Source: an uncultured Clostridia bacterium (lineage in GTDB: Bacteria > Bacillota > Clostridia > UBA1381). From it: 64,000 nt of DNA. Positions 1 to 9,678 of this stretch are shown here, piece after piece (the stretch's first letter is position 1; each line of letters starts with the position of its first letter). The DNA is taken from positions 1,277 through 65,276 of the forward strand of contig CANQXJ010000006.1 in the NCBI GenBank assembly GCA_947627795.1, read 5' to 3'. The notes beneath the pieces were generated by a model. That model worked only from the letters and a program-made list of their open reading frames with translations, was not told the DNA's origin and searched no databases. Position numbers and translations under genes: made by a program.

Positions 1-728
1 GCTACTATTATCTGTTCACATCATATGACAGTCTGTCCGACACATACCAGATACGCGTGGCGCGCTCAAAGAGCATAACAGGTCCCTATGTTGACGAAAA
101 CGGAAACAGCGTTGACCGTTTCGACGATCCCGAAAGCGAGGCGAACAACACATACGGCTACAAACTTATCGGCTCGTACCAGTTCCCGATGGGAACAACG
201 TACTACGGTCCCGGTCACAACAGCGTACTGCACGACGGCAATAACTGGTTTTTGGTACATCACATAAGAACGGTAAAGGGCGGCTATGCGACGCTTAATG
301 TCCGACCGATGTTCTGGAACGAGGACGGCTGGCCCGTTGTAACGCCCGAGCGGTACCAGGCAATTGAGAATATATCGGTTGTAAGCTATATGCCGTCCGC
401 CGCCATTGCGGGGCAGTGGGATTATATCTCGATCGGCGACAACACAAACGCTATGCTTACTTCAAAGAAACTGATATTGAACAGCGACAGAACCGCACAG
501 CTCGGGGATATATCGGGAACATGGGAATACGACTTGGGAGGACTTCTTACCGGTGATCCCGGTAATCATATATTGGCAATAAAGCTCGGCGACGAGGTTA
601 TAACCGCGTTCGTAACTCTCGCCTGCGACAGCGAAACGGGCGCGCAGACATTGCAGTTCACCGGCACAAATCAAAACAACGTAACAAAATGGGGCAAGAA
701 AGCAATAAGCTCCGTTGTATATAAATAA
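1..728 (+). CDS. Glycoside hydrolase family 43-like protein, C-terminal fragment (5' end upstream of window)
   Basis: The frame is open from nt 3 (YYYLFTSYDSLSDTYQIRVARSKSITGPY). GH43-type strings GPGHNSVLHDGNNWFLVHH and MFWNEDGWPVVTPERY are both echoed in the next gene. Stop at 726-728. Confidence 0.75.
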   Translation, partial: YYYLFTSYDSLSDTYQIRVARSKSITGPYVDENGNSVDRFDDPESEANNTYGYKLIGSYQFPMGTTYYGPGHNSVLHDGNNWFLVHHIRTVKGGYATLNVRPMFWNEDGWPVVTPERYQAIENISVVSYMPSAAIAGQWDYISIGDNTNAMLTSKKLILNSDRTAQLGDISGTWEYDLGGLLTGDPGNHILAIKLGDEVITAFVTLACDSETGAQTLQFTGTNQNNVTKWGKKAISSVVYK

Positions 729-752
729 ATTCAAAATAAAGGAGAGAAAAAC

Positions 753-3700
753 ATGAACAAACTGACAAGAAAACTGTTAAGCGGCTTACTTTCGGTTTCG
801 ATGCTTCTCGCGGCTGTTCCGGCTGTGGTATCGGCTGACGAGCCCGCGGACTCGCTGCTGTTTAACGCGACGTTTGACGAAGCAGGAACGGGCAGCGGCT
901 CGTTTGCGGCGACAGCGGGCGGAACCGTCACCGAAAAGGGTGCGGTTTCGTATGTCGAGAGCTTCGAGGGAAACAAGGCTCTTAAAATCGAAACCAACGC
1001 GGCGGGCAATTACCTTGAGCTGCCGAAGGGCATTTTAAACGGCAAGGCCGCCGCTACCTTTAGCTTTATGCTCAAGCCCGCGTCGGGCTGGGCGTTTATG
1101 ACAACTCCGGTCGCTTCGCAGGAATACCTCAGCGAAAAATACCTCGGTATGCTCGCGACCGACACAACTCTTACAGCCGAGCGCTACAATAACAGCGGAA
1201 CTCGTTTAAGCTCCGTTATCGCGAACGGCGACTATTCAACATGGCAGTATATAACCGTCGTATTTGAGGCGAACGGCACAAAGCTGTATGTAAACGGCTC
1301 TCTTGCGAAGTCCGACACGGCGGCGGTCGATATCTCCGCTCTGTTCACGGCTGACGCGTCAACATGGATAGGACACGGCAACTGGGGCAGCGGCGAAGGC
1401 TTCGCGGGAAGTGTTGATGATTTCAAGATTTACGGCAAGGCTCTGTCGGAAACGGAAATTGCCTCTCTCGCGGCTGACGCGGAGGAATACGCACAGCAAT
1501 CCGTTGTATACGAAAACAACTGCTATATCGCCGACACGAAATTCTACAGCGGCGACACGGAAATATACGCCACGAGCGATTTGACGGGCAATTTGACGAT
1601 CAAATCCACGATAAACAACTACACAGCCGACGACGGCGAAGCGACTGTCTCGGTATATATAAACGATTCCGAAGAAGCAGCCGCTGAGGAAACAGCAGAG
1701 CTGATAATATCCGGCGGCACGGCTGAGGTTGAGTTTACCGTTTCGTCTGTTGAGAAAACCGATACGGTTACGGTAAAGCTTACCACTCCCGGAAAATACG
1801 CTCCCGTAACCGACACTGTCGCGACGCTCTACGGCGGCGTTCAGGCTCCCGTAAAAGCTCCGGATGACAGCGGCACAACGACAGACGGCGCGCACGATCC
1901 GTCAATCGTGAAATTTGCGGACGACGATACATATTACGTATACTCGTCGCACCATCTTATCTTCACATCGAAGGATTTGATAAACTGGACGAAATATGAT
2001 TTCACAAATATAAACGCGTCAACTATTTCACCGAAAACGGCGGATTTTATAAAAAATAACTACTCGAACACAACAATGAACGGCACATACTGGGCGCCCG
2101 ACGTAATCTACCGCGAAGGCGATGACTACCCGTATTGGATGTACATCTCGCTCTCGTGCGGCTTAGGCGGCAGGAACTCGGCAATTGCTCTTGAAAAGTC
2201 TGATTCTCCGCTGTTTTGGGCTGACAAGAACGCGAATATAATCGACGCAGGCGTTGTATTTGCGACAAAGGAAAACAACAGTTACAAGACAAACGCCATT
2301 GATGCGAACATTTACACCGACTCAAACACAGGCAAACAGTATTTCGTATGGGGTTCGTTTTGGGGCGGTATACAGGCTGCTCCATTAACGGATGAAGGTC
2401 TTGTCGAAGGCATTAATTACACAAGCGATGCGACAATTCTTTCAAGCTGCCAAAACTTCGGCACGTCGATATTTACGCAGCGCGGCGGACGCGTAGGACC
2501 CGAGGGCGGATGGATGATCGAGCATGACGGCAGCCGCTACGCATTCGTATCATACGGATGGCTCGGCTCAAATTACAACACGCGCGTGGCTAAGAGCGCG
2601 CTTACAACGGGATTCAGCACATCTAACGGTTGGAATCTCACCGACGCTAACGGCGTTACAATGTATAATCAGCAGTCGGCGGGCAGCTATTCAAACCCGA
2701 CAGGATATAAGATGATAGGCTCGTACCGTTTGGGCGACGGTTCAAGAACAATCACCAAACGCAGTGACAATAACTTTGAAGTTTCAAGCGGCGCGGGCGA
2801 TGCTATGGTTTATTACGGTCCCGGTCACAACAGCGCTATTACCGCTCCCGACGGTCAGACATTCTACGTATCGCACACAAGAAAGAACGCTGTTGAAATC
2901 GCGGCTACGCTGCAGATAAGAAAGATGCTTTGGACTCCCGACGGCTGGCCCGTTGTCTCCCCCGTCACCTACGCGGGCGAGGTTGAGCAGGTTTTGCCTA
3001 AAGGTATGATTGTCGGAACATATGATTTGGCATCTGTAGGACATACAAAAATGAGCGGCTCGCAGGTTGATACCTCAAACCGCAATTACGACCTGCCGGT
3101 GCTCTCGTCAAAGGTAACGCTTAACGCGGACGGCTCAATGGCAGACGCGGACGGCGGCGCTCTCGGCACATGGGAATTTGACGGCGACCATACCGTAACA
3201 CTTAAATTTACAAAGGACGGCGACACATCAAACAATAAGGATGAATTCTACAAAAACGGCGATGTTATGACCATGTACGCGCTGTTCGGCTACGACAAGG
3301 ACGAGGCCGAATTTGTTGTAGGTCTTACCGGCGTTGACCAAAACCACATTACGCAGCTCGCGAAGAAGAGCCTGTCAAACGTATACCACACAGCGCCGAT
3401 TACATACGCTGCTCCGATAACAATAGAAAAGAGCGAGGGCGGCAACCCAATTTTAGGCTTCGGCTCTGACGGCAGTACGCTTTACGCGGGTGATCCGGCG
3501 GCATTCGTTGACGGCGACACGGTTTACATAATTGCCGGTCACGACACGGCTTCAAACGAGTCGTACGTAATGCCCGAATGGGTAGCGTATTCGTCGAAGG
3601 ATATGAAAACATGGAAATATGAGGGCGTCCCGATGAAGGCGACCGATATTTCATGGAGAAACGATAACAACTCCGCTTGGGCGAGCCAAGCTGTGAAATA

Positions 3701-5846
3701 CAAGGATAAATATTATCTCTATTACTGCACATGGACAAAAACGGACAGCGGCAGACAGTCTATAGGCGTTGCGGTGTCCGACTCCCCGACAGGTCCGTAT
3801 AAAGACCCGCTCAATGCTCCGCTTGTTAAAGGCTCTATGACAACTCCGCAGGCGGCCTCGCATGACGACATAGACCCGACCGTTTATATCGAAACGGTTG
3901 ACGGCGTTGAGCACAGATATTTATGCTGGGGCAACACAAATCTGTTCATATGCGAGCTTAACGAGGACATGACTTCGATTAAGGATATTGACGGAAACGG
4001 CAAAATCGAAATGGGCACGGACATAATCCACCCGTCTATAACAGGCGCTCCCGCGTCGTATACCGAAGCTCCGTGGCTCTACAGGCAGAAGGACGAAAAC
4101 GGAAACCCGACAGGCAAGTATTACCTGTTCTACGCGATGGGATGGCGCGAGCAGATGGCATACGCCACAACCGATAATCTTATGGGAACCGAATGGCAGT
4201 ACGGCGGACTTCTTATGCCTCCGTCGGCTACGGCAAACACGAACCATCCCGCTGTTATAGACTTTAACGGCAAGACGTACTTCATCTATCACAACGGCGC
4301 TCTCCCCTGGGGCAGCGGCTTCAGAAGAAGCGTATGCGTTGAGGAATTTTCGATTAATGAAGACGGCACGATTGATCCGATTCAGGAAACCTCGACAGGT
4401 CTTACCGGTACGGCTTCGGTAATCATGCAGGGTGATAACTATATCATGCACGAAAACTTTGTAAACCCGGGCGCGGACGGCAGCTATCCGATTTCGAAAT
4501 CCGTGTCGGTCGGCACGGCTATTTCCGATAGGCTTGACGTTCAGTGGGAAATCCTTCCCGGCAAGGCTGACACGGCGGACGAGAGCTATGTTTCAATCCA
4601 ATCCGTAAATAAGCCCGGTCTATATCTCGCGGTTCAGGATGACAACAGCGTTGTTCTCACTCAGGACTCAAAACAGAACGACACGGATATGAAGAAACAA
4701 ATGACGTTCAGAACCATGTCGGCTTTGAACGAATCCGAAAACAGCGTAAGCTTTGAGAGCGTCGCGGCGCCGGGTTATTATCTCACAAACCTCGACGGCG
4801 CGCTGACGCTCACACCGGGGGCTGACGAGGACGCGGCAACATTTGAAGTGTACAAGACGGAGGATAAACCGATAACAGGTATGCTCGCGACGATAACCGA
4901 CGCGTGGGCGAACGCGGAAAACGGCGTAAACTTCTATCTCAATAACGCTATGCTTTACGGCAAGGTATCGGTATACGCCGCAGAATACAAGGGCAACACG
5001 CTTATAGGCGTAGGCTCACTGGATAACGTACCCGTTACATCAATGAGGCAGTCGATGAAGATCGACTATGCGCGCAAGGAAGCGGATTCGACGCTTAAAA
5101 TATTCGCATGGAAGGATATGGAGCCTGTAGCGGAATCCGTAACGGTCACCGCAAGCGAAAATCCGTATCAGATTCCGACCGGTTATACGTCATATTATGA
5201 ATTCGAAGATAACCTGACCGACAGCGTTACAAGCAAAGACGCGGTAACGGCGGGCTGGAGCGATACACTTGCTGCGGGTTCAAGAATTACAACAGCGAAA
5301 TCGGCAACGGCTGCATACGCCGACGGTTATAAAGGAAAGGCGCTTTCGATGACCGGCAATGGCAGCGACGGCGTAAACTTAGGCAAGGTTATAACAAACG
5401 GCAAATACACCGTTGCATTCCGCATGAAGGCAAACGCGTTCACATTCGCAACCTCCGGCATATTCATTAACAGTGGAACAGGTTCTTCGGAAAACTGGGT
5501 AAGCGCGCCGTTTGGCTCACAGACCGAAGGAAACGCGGCATTTTGGAGCAATACCGCCTCAGCTTCCCCTGACCATGTACAGTCCTCCGGCGGCAAATTC
5601 CTTGCAGGAACGTGGCATCACGTCGCGCTTGCGGCTGACGGCGGCACGGCTTCTATGTACATAGACGGCGTTAAGGTCGTAGACAAGGGCGCGGTTATAA
5701 ACACGATAAGCGAAAACACCGAAACGTATCTCGGCGTAAACTACTGGGATACACCGTTTAACGGACTTATCGACGACTTATACATTTACAACGGAACAAC
5801 TCTCACAGACGAGCAGATAACCGGCTTGTTTGAAGCTACTAAATAA
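753..5846 (+). CDS. Secreted multidomain glycoside hydrolase: two GH43-like catalytic regions, LamG/concanavalin-like modules at both ends, beta-trefoil (AbfB-like) module
   Basis: AAAGGAGAG RBS before the ATG. Signal peptide MNKLTRKLLSGLLSVSMLLAAVPAVVSA. GH43-like stretches GAHDPSIVKF..YYVYSSH and YAGDPAAFVDGDTVYIIAGHD. LamG-like ends DDFKIYGKALSETEI and DDLYIYNGTTLTDEQI. AbfB-like stretch VSIQSVNKPGLYLAV...SFESVAAPGYYL. Confidence 0.85.
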   Translation: MNKLTRKLLSGLLSVSMLLAAVPAVVSADEPADSLLFNATFDEAGTGSGSFAATAGGTVTEKGAVSYVESFEGNKALKIETNAAGNYLELPKGILNGKAAATFSFMLKPASGWAFMTTPVASQEYLSEKYLGMLATDTTLTAERYNNSGTRLSSVIANGDYSTWQYITVVFEANGTKLYVNGSLAKSDTAAVDISALFTADASTWIGHGNWGSGEGFAGSVDDFKIYGKALSETEIASLAADAEEYAQQSVVYENNCYIADTKFYSGDTEIYATSDLTGNLTIKSTINNYTADDGEATVSVYINDSEEAAAEETAELIISGGTAEVEFTVSSVEKTDTVTVKLTTPGKYAPVTDTVATLYGGVQAPVKAPDDSGTTTDGAHDPSIVKFADDDTYYVYSSHHLIFTSKDLINWTKYDFTNINASTISPKTADFIKNNYSNTTMNGTYWAPDVIYREGDDYPYWMYISLSCGLGGRNSAIALEKSDSPLFWADKNANIIDAGVVFATKENNSYKTNAIDANIYTDSNTGKQYFVWGSFWGGIQAAPLTDEGLVEGINYTSDATILSSCQNFGTSIFTQRGGRVGPEGGWMIEHDGSRYAFVSYGWLGSNYNTRVAKSALTTGFSTSNGWNLTDANGVTMYNQQSAGSYSNPTGYKMIGSYRLGDGSRTITKRSDNNFEVSSGAGDAMVYYGPGHNSAITAPDGQTFYVSHTRKNAVEIAATLQIRKMLWTPDGWPVVSPVTYAGEVEQVLPKGMIVGTYDLASVGHTKMSGSQVDTSNRNYDLPVLSSKVTLNADGSMADADGGALGTWEFDGDHTVTLKFTKDGDTSNNKDEFYKNGDVMTMYALFGYDKDEAEFVVGLTGVDQNHITQLAKKSLSNVYHTAPITYAAPITIEKSEGGNPILGFGSDGSTLYAGDPAAFVDGDTVYIIAGHDTASNESYVMPEWVAYSSKDMKTWKYEGVPMKATDISWRNDNNSAWASQAVKYKDKYYLYYCTWTKTDSGRQSIGVAVSDSPTGPYKDPLNAPLVKGSMTTPQAASHDDIDPTVYIETVDGVEHRYLCWGNTNLFICELNEDMTSIKDIDGNGKIEMGTDIIHPSITGAPASYTEAPWLYRQKDENGNPTGKYYLFYAMGWREQMAYATTDNLMGTEWQYGGLLMPPSATANTNHPAVIDFNGKTYFIYHNGALPWGSGFRRSVCVEEFSINEDGTIDPIQETSTGLTGTASVIMQGDNYIMHENFVNPGADGSYPISKSVSVGTAISDRLDVQWEILPGKADTADESYVSIQSVNKPGLYLAVQDDNSVVLTQDSKQNDTDMKKQMTFRTMSALNESENSVSFESVAAPGYYLTNLDGALTLTPGADEDAATFEVYKTEDKPITGMLATITDAWANAENGVNFYLNNAMLYGKVSVYAAEYKGNTLIGVGSLDNVPVTSMRQSMKIDYARKEADSTLKIFAWKDMEPVAESVTVTASENPYQIPTGYTSYYEFEDNLTDSVTSKDAVTAGWSDTLAAGSRITTAKSATAAYADGYKGKALSMTGNGSDGVNLGKVITNGKYTVAFRMKANAFTFATSGIFINSGTGSSENWVSAPFGSQTEGNAAFWSNTASASPDHVQSSGGKFLAGTWHHVALAADGGTASMYIDGVKVVDKGAVINTISENTETYLGVNYWDTPFNGLIDDLYIYNGTTLTDEQITGLFEATK

Positions 5847-5885
5847 AAATAAGCCGCAATCATAACGGCTTAAGATAATAAATTT

Positions 5886-5920
5886 AACAGGACAAGGGAT
5901 TTTATATCCCCTGTCCTGTT
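5886..5920. terminator. Bidirectional intrinsic terminator between convergent GH43 and M16 genes
   Basis: Inverted repeat AACAGGACAAGGGA / TCCCCTGTCCTGTT (one mismatch), followed by a T-rich tract. Confidence 0.6.
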
Positions 5921-5926
5921 TATTTG

Positions 5927-7216
5927 TTATACAGGATTTACCACCGATAACGCTGATAATTCCTTTCTGAAATGCGCGTCAAACCGCTTTTTTACGTCCT
6001 CGAACGTTACGGTTTTGTACACGTCGTAGTAATCAAAATAATCAATATCCATAAACTTAAGCTGCATAAACGTGGTCGCGTATTCCTCCACGTCGTTCTG
6101 CGTGCGGATGTAATTTCCCCATACCACCTTTTTGATACGGTTGAACGCGTCCTCGTCCAATCCATCCCGTCTCACGCGCTCTATCTCGTTGAGAATTATC
6201 TCATACACGCGCTTCGGGTCGCGCGATTCTCCTTCGATCGATGAAAACGCATATGACGGCTGCATCGTGTAATCGGGCGCGAAGCTCGCGCTTATTAAGC
6301 CTTCCTCATAAAGCTTTTTGTACACGGGCGAGCTTTTGCCGAAAAGCATTTTTAATAAAATGCTCATTTCTATGCTCTTTTTGAGAAGTCTTTCTCCGCC
6401 GTAGCCTGTATCGTTGTCCTTGAAGCCGAGCATGAACAAAGGCTGCGCGACGCTTAAATTCTTTTCCATATATGGAACCGCAATCGTTTCCGGCTCGTCG
6501 GGATAGATTTTCTTTATCTCCTCCTCAAACGGCTCGTTTTTCTTTATGCCCGCCTCTATTGTCGCGAGGATCTCATCGGGATCGACATTTCCCACGACGA
6601 CGATCGCCATGTTCGAGAGATTGTAAAACGTGTTGTAGCACTTATACAAAAGCTCCGCCGTGATATGGCTTATGCTCTCGACCGTGCCCGCAATTTCCTT
6701 TTTGACGGGGTTGTTGTGATACAGGCACGAGAGGAAATCGAAAAACACCTGCCAGCCTCCGTTGTCGTCATACATACGAATTTCCTGCCCGATTATTCCC
6801 TGCTCCTTTTGGACGCTCTCGGGAGTAAAATACGGGCTTTGCACATAGTCGAGAAGCGCCGCGAGGTTTTCCTTTATGTTAGCCGTCGCCGAGAACAGGT
6901 ACGCGGTTTGGTTAAACGACGTAAACGCGTTCGCGTTGCCGCCGTATTTCGAAAATTTGTCAAACACGTTGCTGCCGTCGGGCTGGTCGAACATCTTGTG
7001 TTCGAGGTAGTGCGCTATACCGTCGGGAACTTCTGTCACCTCGCTCTCGCCCGGTACGATGAACTTCGAGTCCACCGAGCCGTAGCGCGTGCCGAAAATC
7101 GCGTAGCTTGAGCTGTAATCCTTTTTCGGTATGATGTATATCCCCAGTCCCGAGGAATGAACGCCGCTCAGGAGCGTTTCGCCTGTCATTTTGTTTACTT
7201 GTTTATTCAGTTTCAT
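5927..7216 (-). CDS. M16 family zinc peptidase, catalytic subunit (YmfH-like)
   Basis: Inverted zinc motif HxxEH is present (GIAHYLEHKMF). It abuts the upstream M16 paralogue with no gap. Confidence 0.85.
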   Translation of the reverse strand: MKLNKQVNKMTGETLLSGVHSSGLGIYIIPKKDYSSSYAIFGTRYGSVDSKFIVPGESEVTEVPDGIAHYLEHKMFDQPDGSNVFDKFSKYGGNANAFTSFNQTAYLFSATANIKENLAALLDYVQSPYFTPESVQKEQGIIGQEIRMYDDNGGWQVFFDFLSCLYHNNPVKKEIAGTVESISHITAELLYKCYNTFYNLSNMAIVVVGNVDPDEILATIEAGIKKNEPFEEEIKKIYPDEPETIAVPYMEKNLSVAQPLFMLGFKDNDTGYGGERLLKKSIEMSILLKMLFGKSSPVYKKLYEEGLISASFAPDYTMQPSYAFSSIEGESRDPKRVYEIILNEIERVRRDGLDEDAFNRIKKVVWGNYIRTQNDVEEYATTFMQLKFMDIDYFDYYDVYKTVTFEDVKKRFDAHFRKELSALSVVNPV

Positions 7217-8482
7217 TTACGCGTCCTCCCCCGTTAAAAAATACACCGTGTCAAGCTCGACCTTCCGCGCGACCGCTATAACCTGTTCCTTTGTTACAGC
7301 CGCGATCGCCGCCTTCATATGCTCTATATCATAATCTGTACCGGCTAAAAGCTCGCCGAGATAAAAGCTTTGCAGCGAACGCTGGTCGTCATAGCATTCC
7401 TCATAGGTGTTTGTTATGTCGATTATACTCGATTCAAGCTCCTTGTCCGTGACGTTTCCGTTCTTGATTTCCTCAAGCTGACGAAGCGTTTCGTCATACG
7501 CGGTTTGAAAGTTTTTAAACTCTATTCCCGCATTTACGATCATTATTCCCTTGTATCTTTCCAATTGGCTTGACGCGTAATAAGCGAGACTCAGCTTTTC
7601 GCGCACGTTATTGAACAGCTTCGAGTGAGTTCCCGCGCCGAATACGCTGTTAAACACGCAAAGAGCCGGATAATCGTTGTCCGTCGGAGCGACGCCGGTG
7701 CGGAAACCGATTGAGAGCTTGCCCTGCGTCACATTCATTTTCTCAGTAACGCTGTTCACCTTGCCGTCCTTTTTAAACAGCTCGGTCTTCGGAATTTGCG
7801 CCGCCGTGAACGATATTTTGTCCGTATAAGCGCGTATCGCCGCTTCAGCCTCATCGACGTCCGCGTCGCCGCAGATGAAAATATTTACCGCGGACGATGT
7901 AATGATTTTGTTGTAGTGCTCCGCGAGCGTTTCGGGAGTCACCGCGTCCACGCCCTCGGCTGTGCCGAGTCTTGACAGAGCGAACGCGCTGCCTTTGCAC
8001 ATTTCCTCGGTGCAGCGCACGGACGCGTATACGCGCTTGTCGTTCATCACAGCCGCTATTCTGTCCTTCGCGTTCTTTTTTTCCTGGTTCACTATATCCG
8101 CGTCAAACGCGCCGTCCGTGATATTCGGCTCAAACAGCACCGACATCATCAGCGACAACAGTTCCGATACGAGCTTTTCCCCCTGCGGAGCGTATTTATC
8201 CGAAATGGTTTCAGCGTCGAAATACATAATCTGATCGTCGCCGCGTTTTATCAGCGCCGCGCCAAGCGACGCGCCGTAAAGATTTTCAAGATACTTCGCG
8301 ATTGCCTCGCGGTCGGGACACTTGCGGCAGCCGCTTTTTAACACATACGGCAGCAGCGCGTTTTGCGATACTTCATTTTCGTCAAGAGCGCGATGGATAT
8401 ACACGCCGATAGTTGTTGTTTTAAGCTTTGTCATGGGTATATAACAAAGGCTGATATTTTCATTTATTTGCTTATTTATCAT
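7217..8482 (-). CDS. M16 family peptidase-like protein, probably non-catalytic partner (YmfF-like)
   Basis: M16-like length and layout, but no HxxEH at the expected N-terminal position (ALLPYVLKSG instead). GGAGGA RBS 6 nt before the ATG. Confidence 0.8.
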   Translation of the reverse strand: MINKQINENISLCYIPMTKLKTTTIGVYIHRALDENEVSQNALLPYVLKSGCRKCPDREAIAKYLENLYGASLGAALIKRGDDQIMYFDAETISDKYAPQGEKLVSELLSLMMSVLFEPNITDGAFDADIVNQEKKNAKDRIAAVMNDKRVYASVRCTEEMCKGSAFALSRLGTAEGVDAVTPETLAEHYNKIITSSAVNIFICGDADVDEAEAAIRAYTDKISFTAAQIPKTELFKKDGKVNSVTEKMNVTQGKLSIGFRTGVAPTDNDYPALCVFNSVFGAGTHSKLFNNVREKLSLAYYASSQLERYKGIMIVNAGIEFKNFQTAYDETLRQLEEIKNGNVTDKELESSIIDITNTYEECYDDQRSLQSFYLGELLAGTDYDIEHMKAAIAAVTKEQVIAVARKVELDTVYFLTGEDA

Positions 8483-8506
8483 AACGTTTCCTCCTGTTCC
8501 TGATAT

Positions 8507-8535
8507 AGTGTAACCTATTTTGAGAGAAAAGTCAA
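8507..8535 (-). promoter_or_regulatory. SigA-type promoter for the M16 pair
   Basis: Minus-strand TTGACT - 17 nt - TACACT, about 25 nt upstream of the RBS. Confidence 0.5.
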
Positions 8536-8562
8536 TATTAATGTATAATACATGTATTGCGG

Positions 8563-8722
8563 TAAATTATGATTTATCTGCGAAAGGCCCCCTTGTCAAA
8601 GGGGGCTGTCAGCGAAGCTGACTGGGGGATTCCTTCGCTGTTTTCAAATAACGAATCCCTCCACCGCTACGCGGTCCCCCTCCCTTTGACAAGGGAGGCT
8701 TATACCGTTAAATCATAATTTA
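8563..8722. mobile_element. 160-bp MITE-like nested palindromic repeat, copy A
   Basis: Perfect 14-bp terminal inverted repeats TAAATTATGATTTA / TAAATCATAATTTA. Internal hairpins CCCCCTTGTCAAAGGGGG, GTCAGCGAAGCTGAC, ACCGCTACGCGGT and CCTCCCTTTGACAAGGGAGG. It is a near-identical reverse-complement copy of 55220-55380. No ORF. Confidence 0.7.
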
Positions 8723-8730
8723 TCCCCGCA

Positions 8731-9573
8731 TCACGCCGTATAGCTTTCAATTTCCTGCAGCGTAAATCCCTTATGAAGCGCGAGATTTATGCCGTTCGCG
8801 ACGGTTTTCGCCATACGCTCTATCACAACATCTATATCCTTCGTCGTAACCATCAGCGGCGCGAGCTCCTGCGGGATTTCGTCCTTTGATATGGTCGCCG
8901 CGTCGATTACCGTCGGCACTCCTATTGCGATAACCTCCGTGCCGAGCGTTTCTTTGTTAAGCCCTTCGCGGTTATTCCCTACACCGGAGCCCGGCTGAAT
9001 TCCGGTGTCGGTTATCTGAATCGTAGTGCTCACTCTGCGTATATCGGCGGCGGCGAGAGCGTCAACGGCTATAATCAAATCGGGATTCAGCGGTTTCGCG
9101 ATGTTTTTTACAATTTTTACCGTTTCAAGCCCCGTAGTCCCGAGCACCCCGGGAGTTATAGCGCAGACGTTGCCCATATTATTTCCGAACATCGACTTCA
9201 TATGATGCGTAACAAGCAGCTTTGACACAACCTGCGTCCCGAGCGCGTCGGGAGTTATGTCGCGGTTGCCCAGCCCCGCAACAAGCGTCAGACTGTCCTC
9301 GTTGATATGAGCCATTTTGTCTATTTCGTCCGCAATAATTTTGCAGACGTTCTCATAATCCTCCGAGCTGTATTTAAGGTTCGGCGCCTCGATGGTGATA
9401 TAGTTTCCCTTCATCTTCCCGAGCGCCTTCTCGCCTTCATCGCTTATTATTTTCACCTCAGTAATCTTAATATCACCGCAATTTCTAACGCGCGATTCCA
9501 CCCCGCTTACCTCTCCCGCTTTTTTGGAAAGCTCATGCGCCTCAAGCGCCAAGTCGGTACGTATGTTTCTCAT
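8731..9573 (-). CDS. gpr: Germination protease (spore endopeptidase GPR)
   Basis: GPR strings IRTDLALEAHE, GLGNRDITPDALG, AVDALAA and DTGIQPGSGVGN. I prefer the ATG at 9573 (GGAG 9 nt upstream) over the TTG at 9582 used by the ORF track. Confidence 0.85.
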   Translation of the reverse strand: MRNIRTDLALEAHELSKKAGEVSGVESRVRNCGDIKITEVKIISDEGEKALGKMKGNYITIEAPNLKYSSEDYENVCKIIADEIDKMAHINEDSLTLVAGLGNRDITPDALGTQVVSKLLVTHHMKSMFGNNMGNVCAITPGVLGTTGLETVKIVKNIAKPLNPDLIIAVDALAAADIRRVSTTIQITDTGIQPGSGVGNNREGLNKETLGTEVIAIGVPTVIDAATISKDEIPQELAPLMVTTKDIDVVIERMAKTVANGINLALHKGFTLQEIESYTA

Positions 9574-9597
9574 GTAAATCAACTCCTTTTTTTGGTA

Positions 9598-9627
9598 TAG
9601 TTTGGACTAAAAAAAGGAATTTTATAC
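9598..9627 (-). promoter_or_regulatory. Forespore-type (SigG/SigF-like) promoter upstream of gpr
   Basis: Minus-strand GTATA - 18 nt - CAAACTA, which resembles the GHATR-N17/18-CAHWHTA consensus. gpr is forespore-expressed in Bacillus. Confidence 0.45.
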
Positions 9628-9660
9628 AAAAAATATCTCAGAGCATTCACCCTGAGATAT
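9626..9660 (-). terminator. Intrinsic terminator after the trmFO / Trx-like lipoprotein unit
   Basis: Perfect 9-bp stem ATATCTCAG / CTGAGATAT, followed on the minus strand by TTTTTTG. Confidence 0.65.
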
Positions 9661-9678
9661 CGTTCATTAGTCCGCAGT

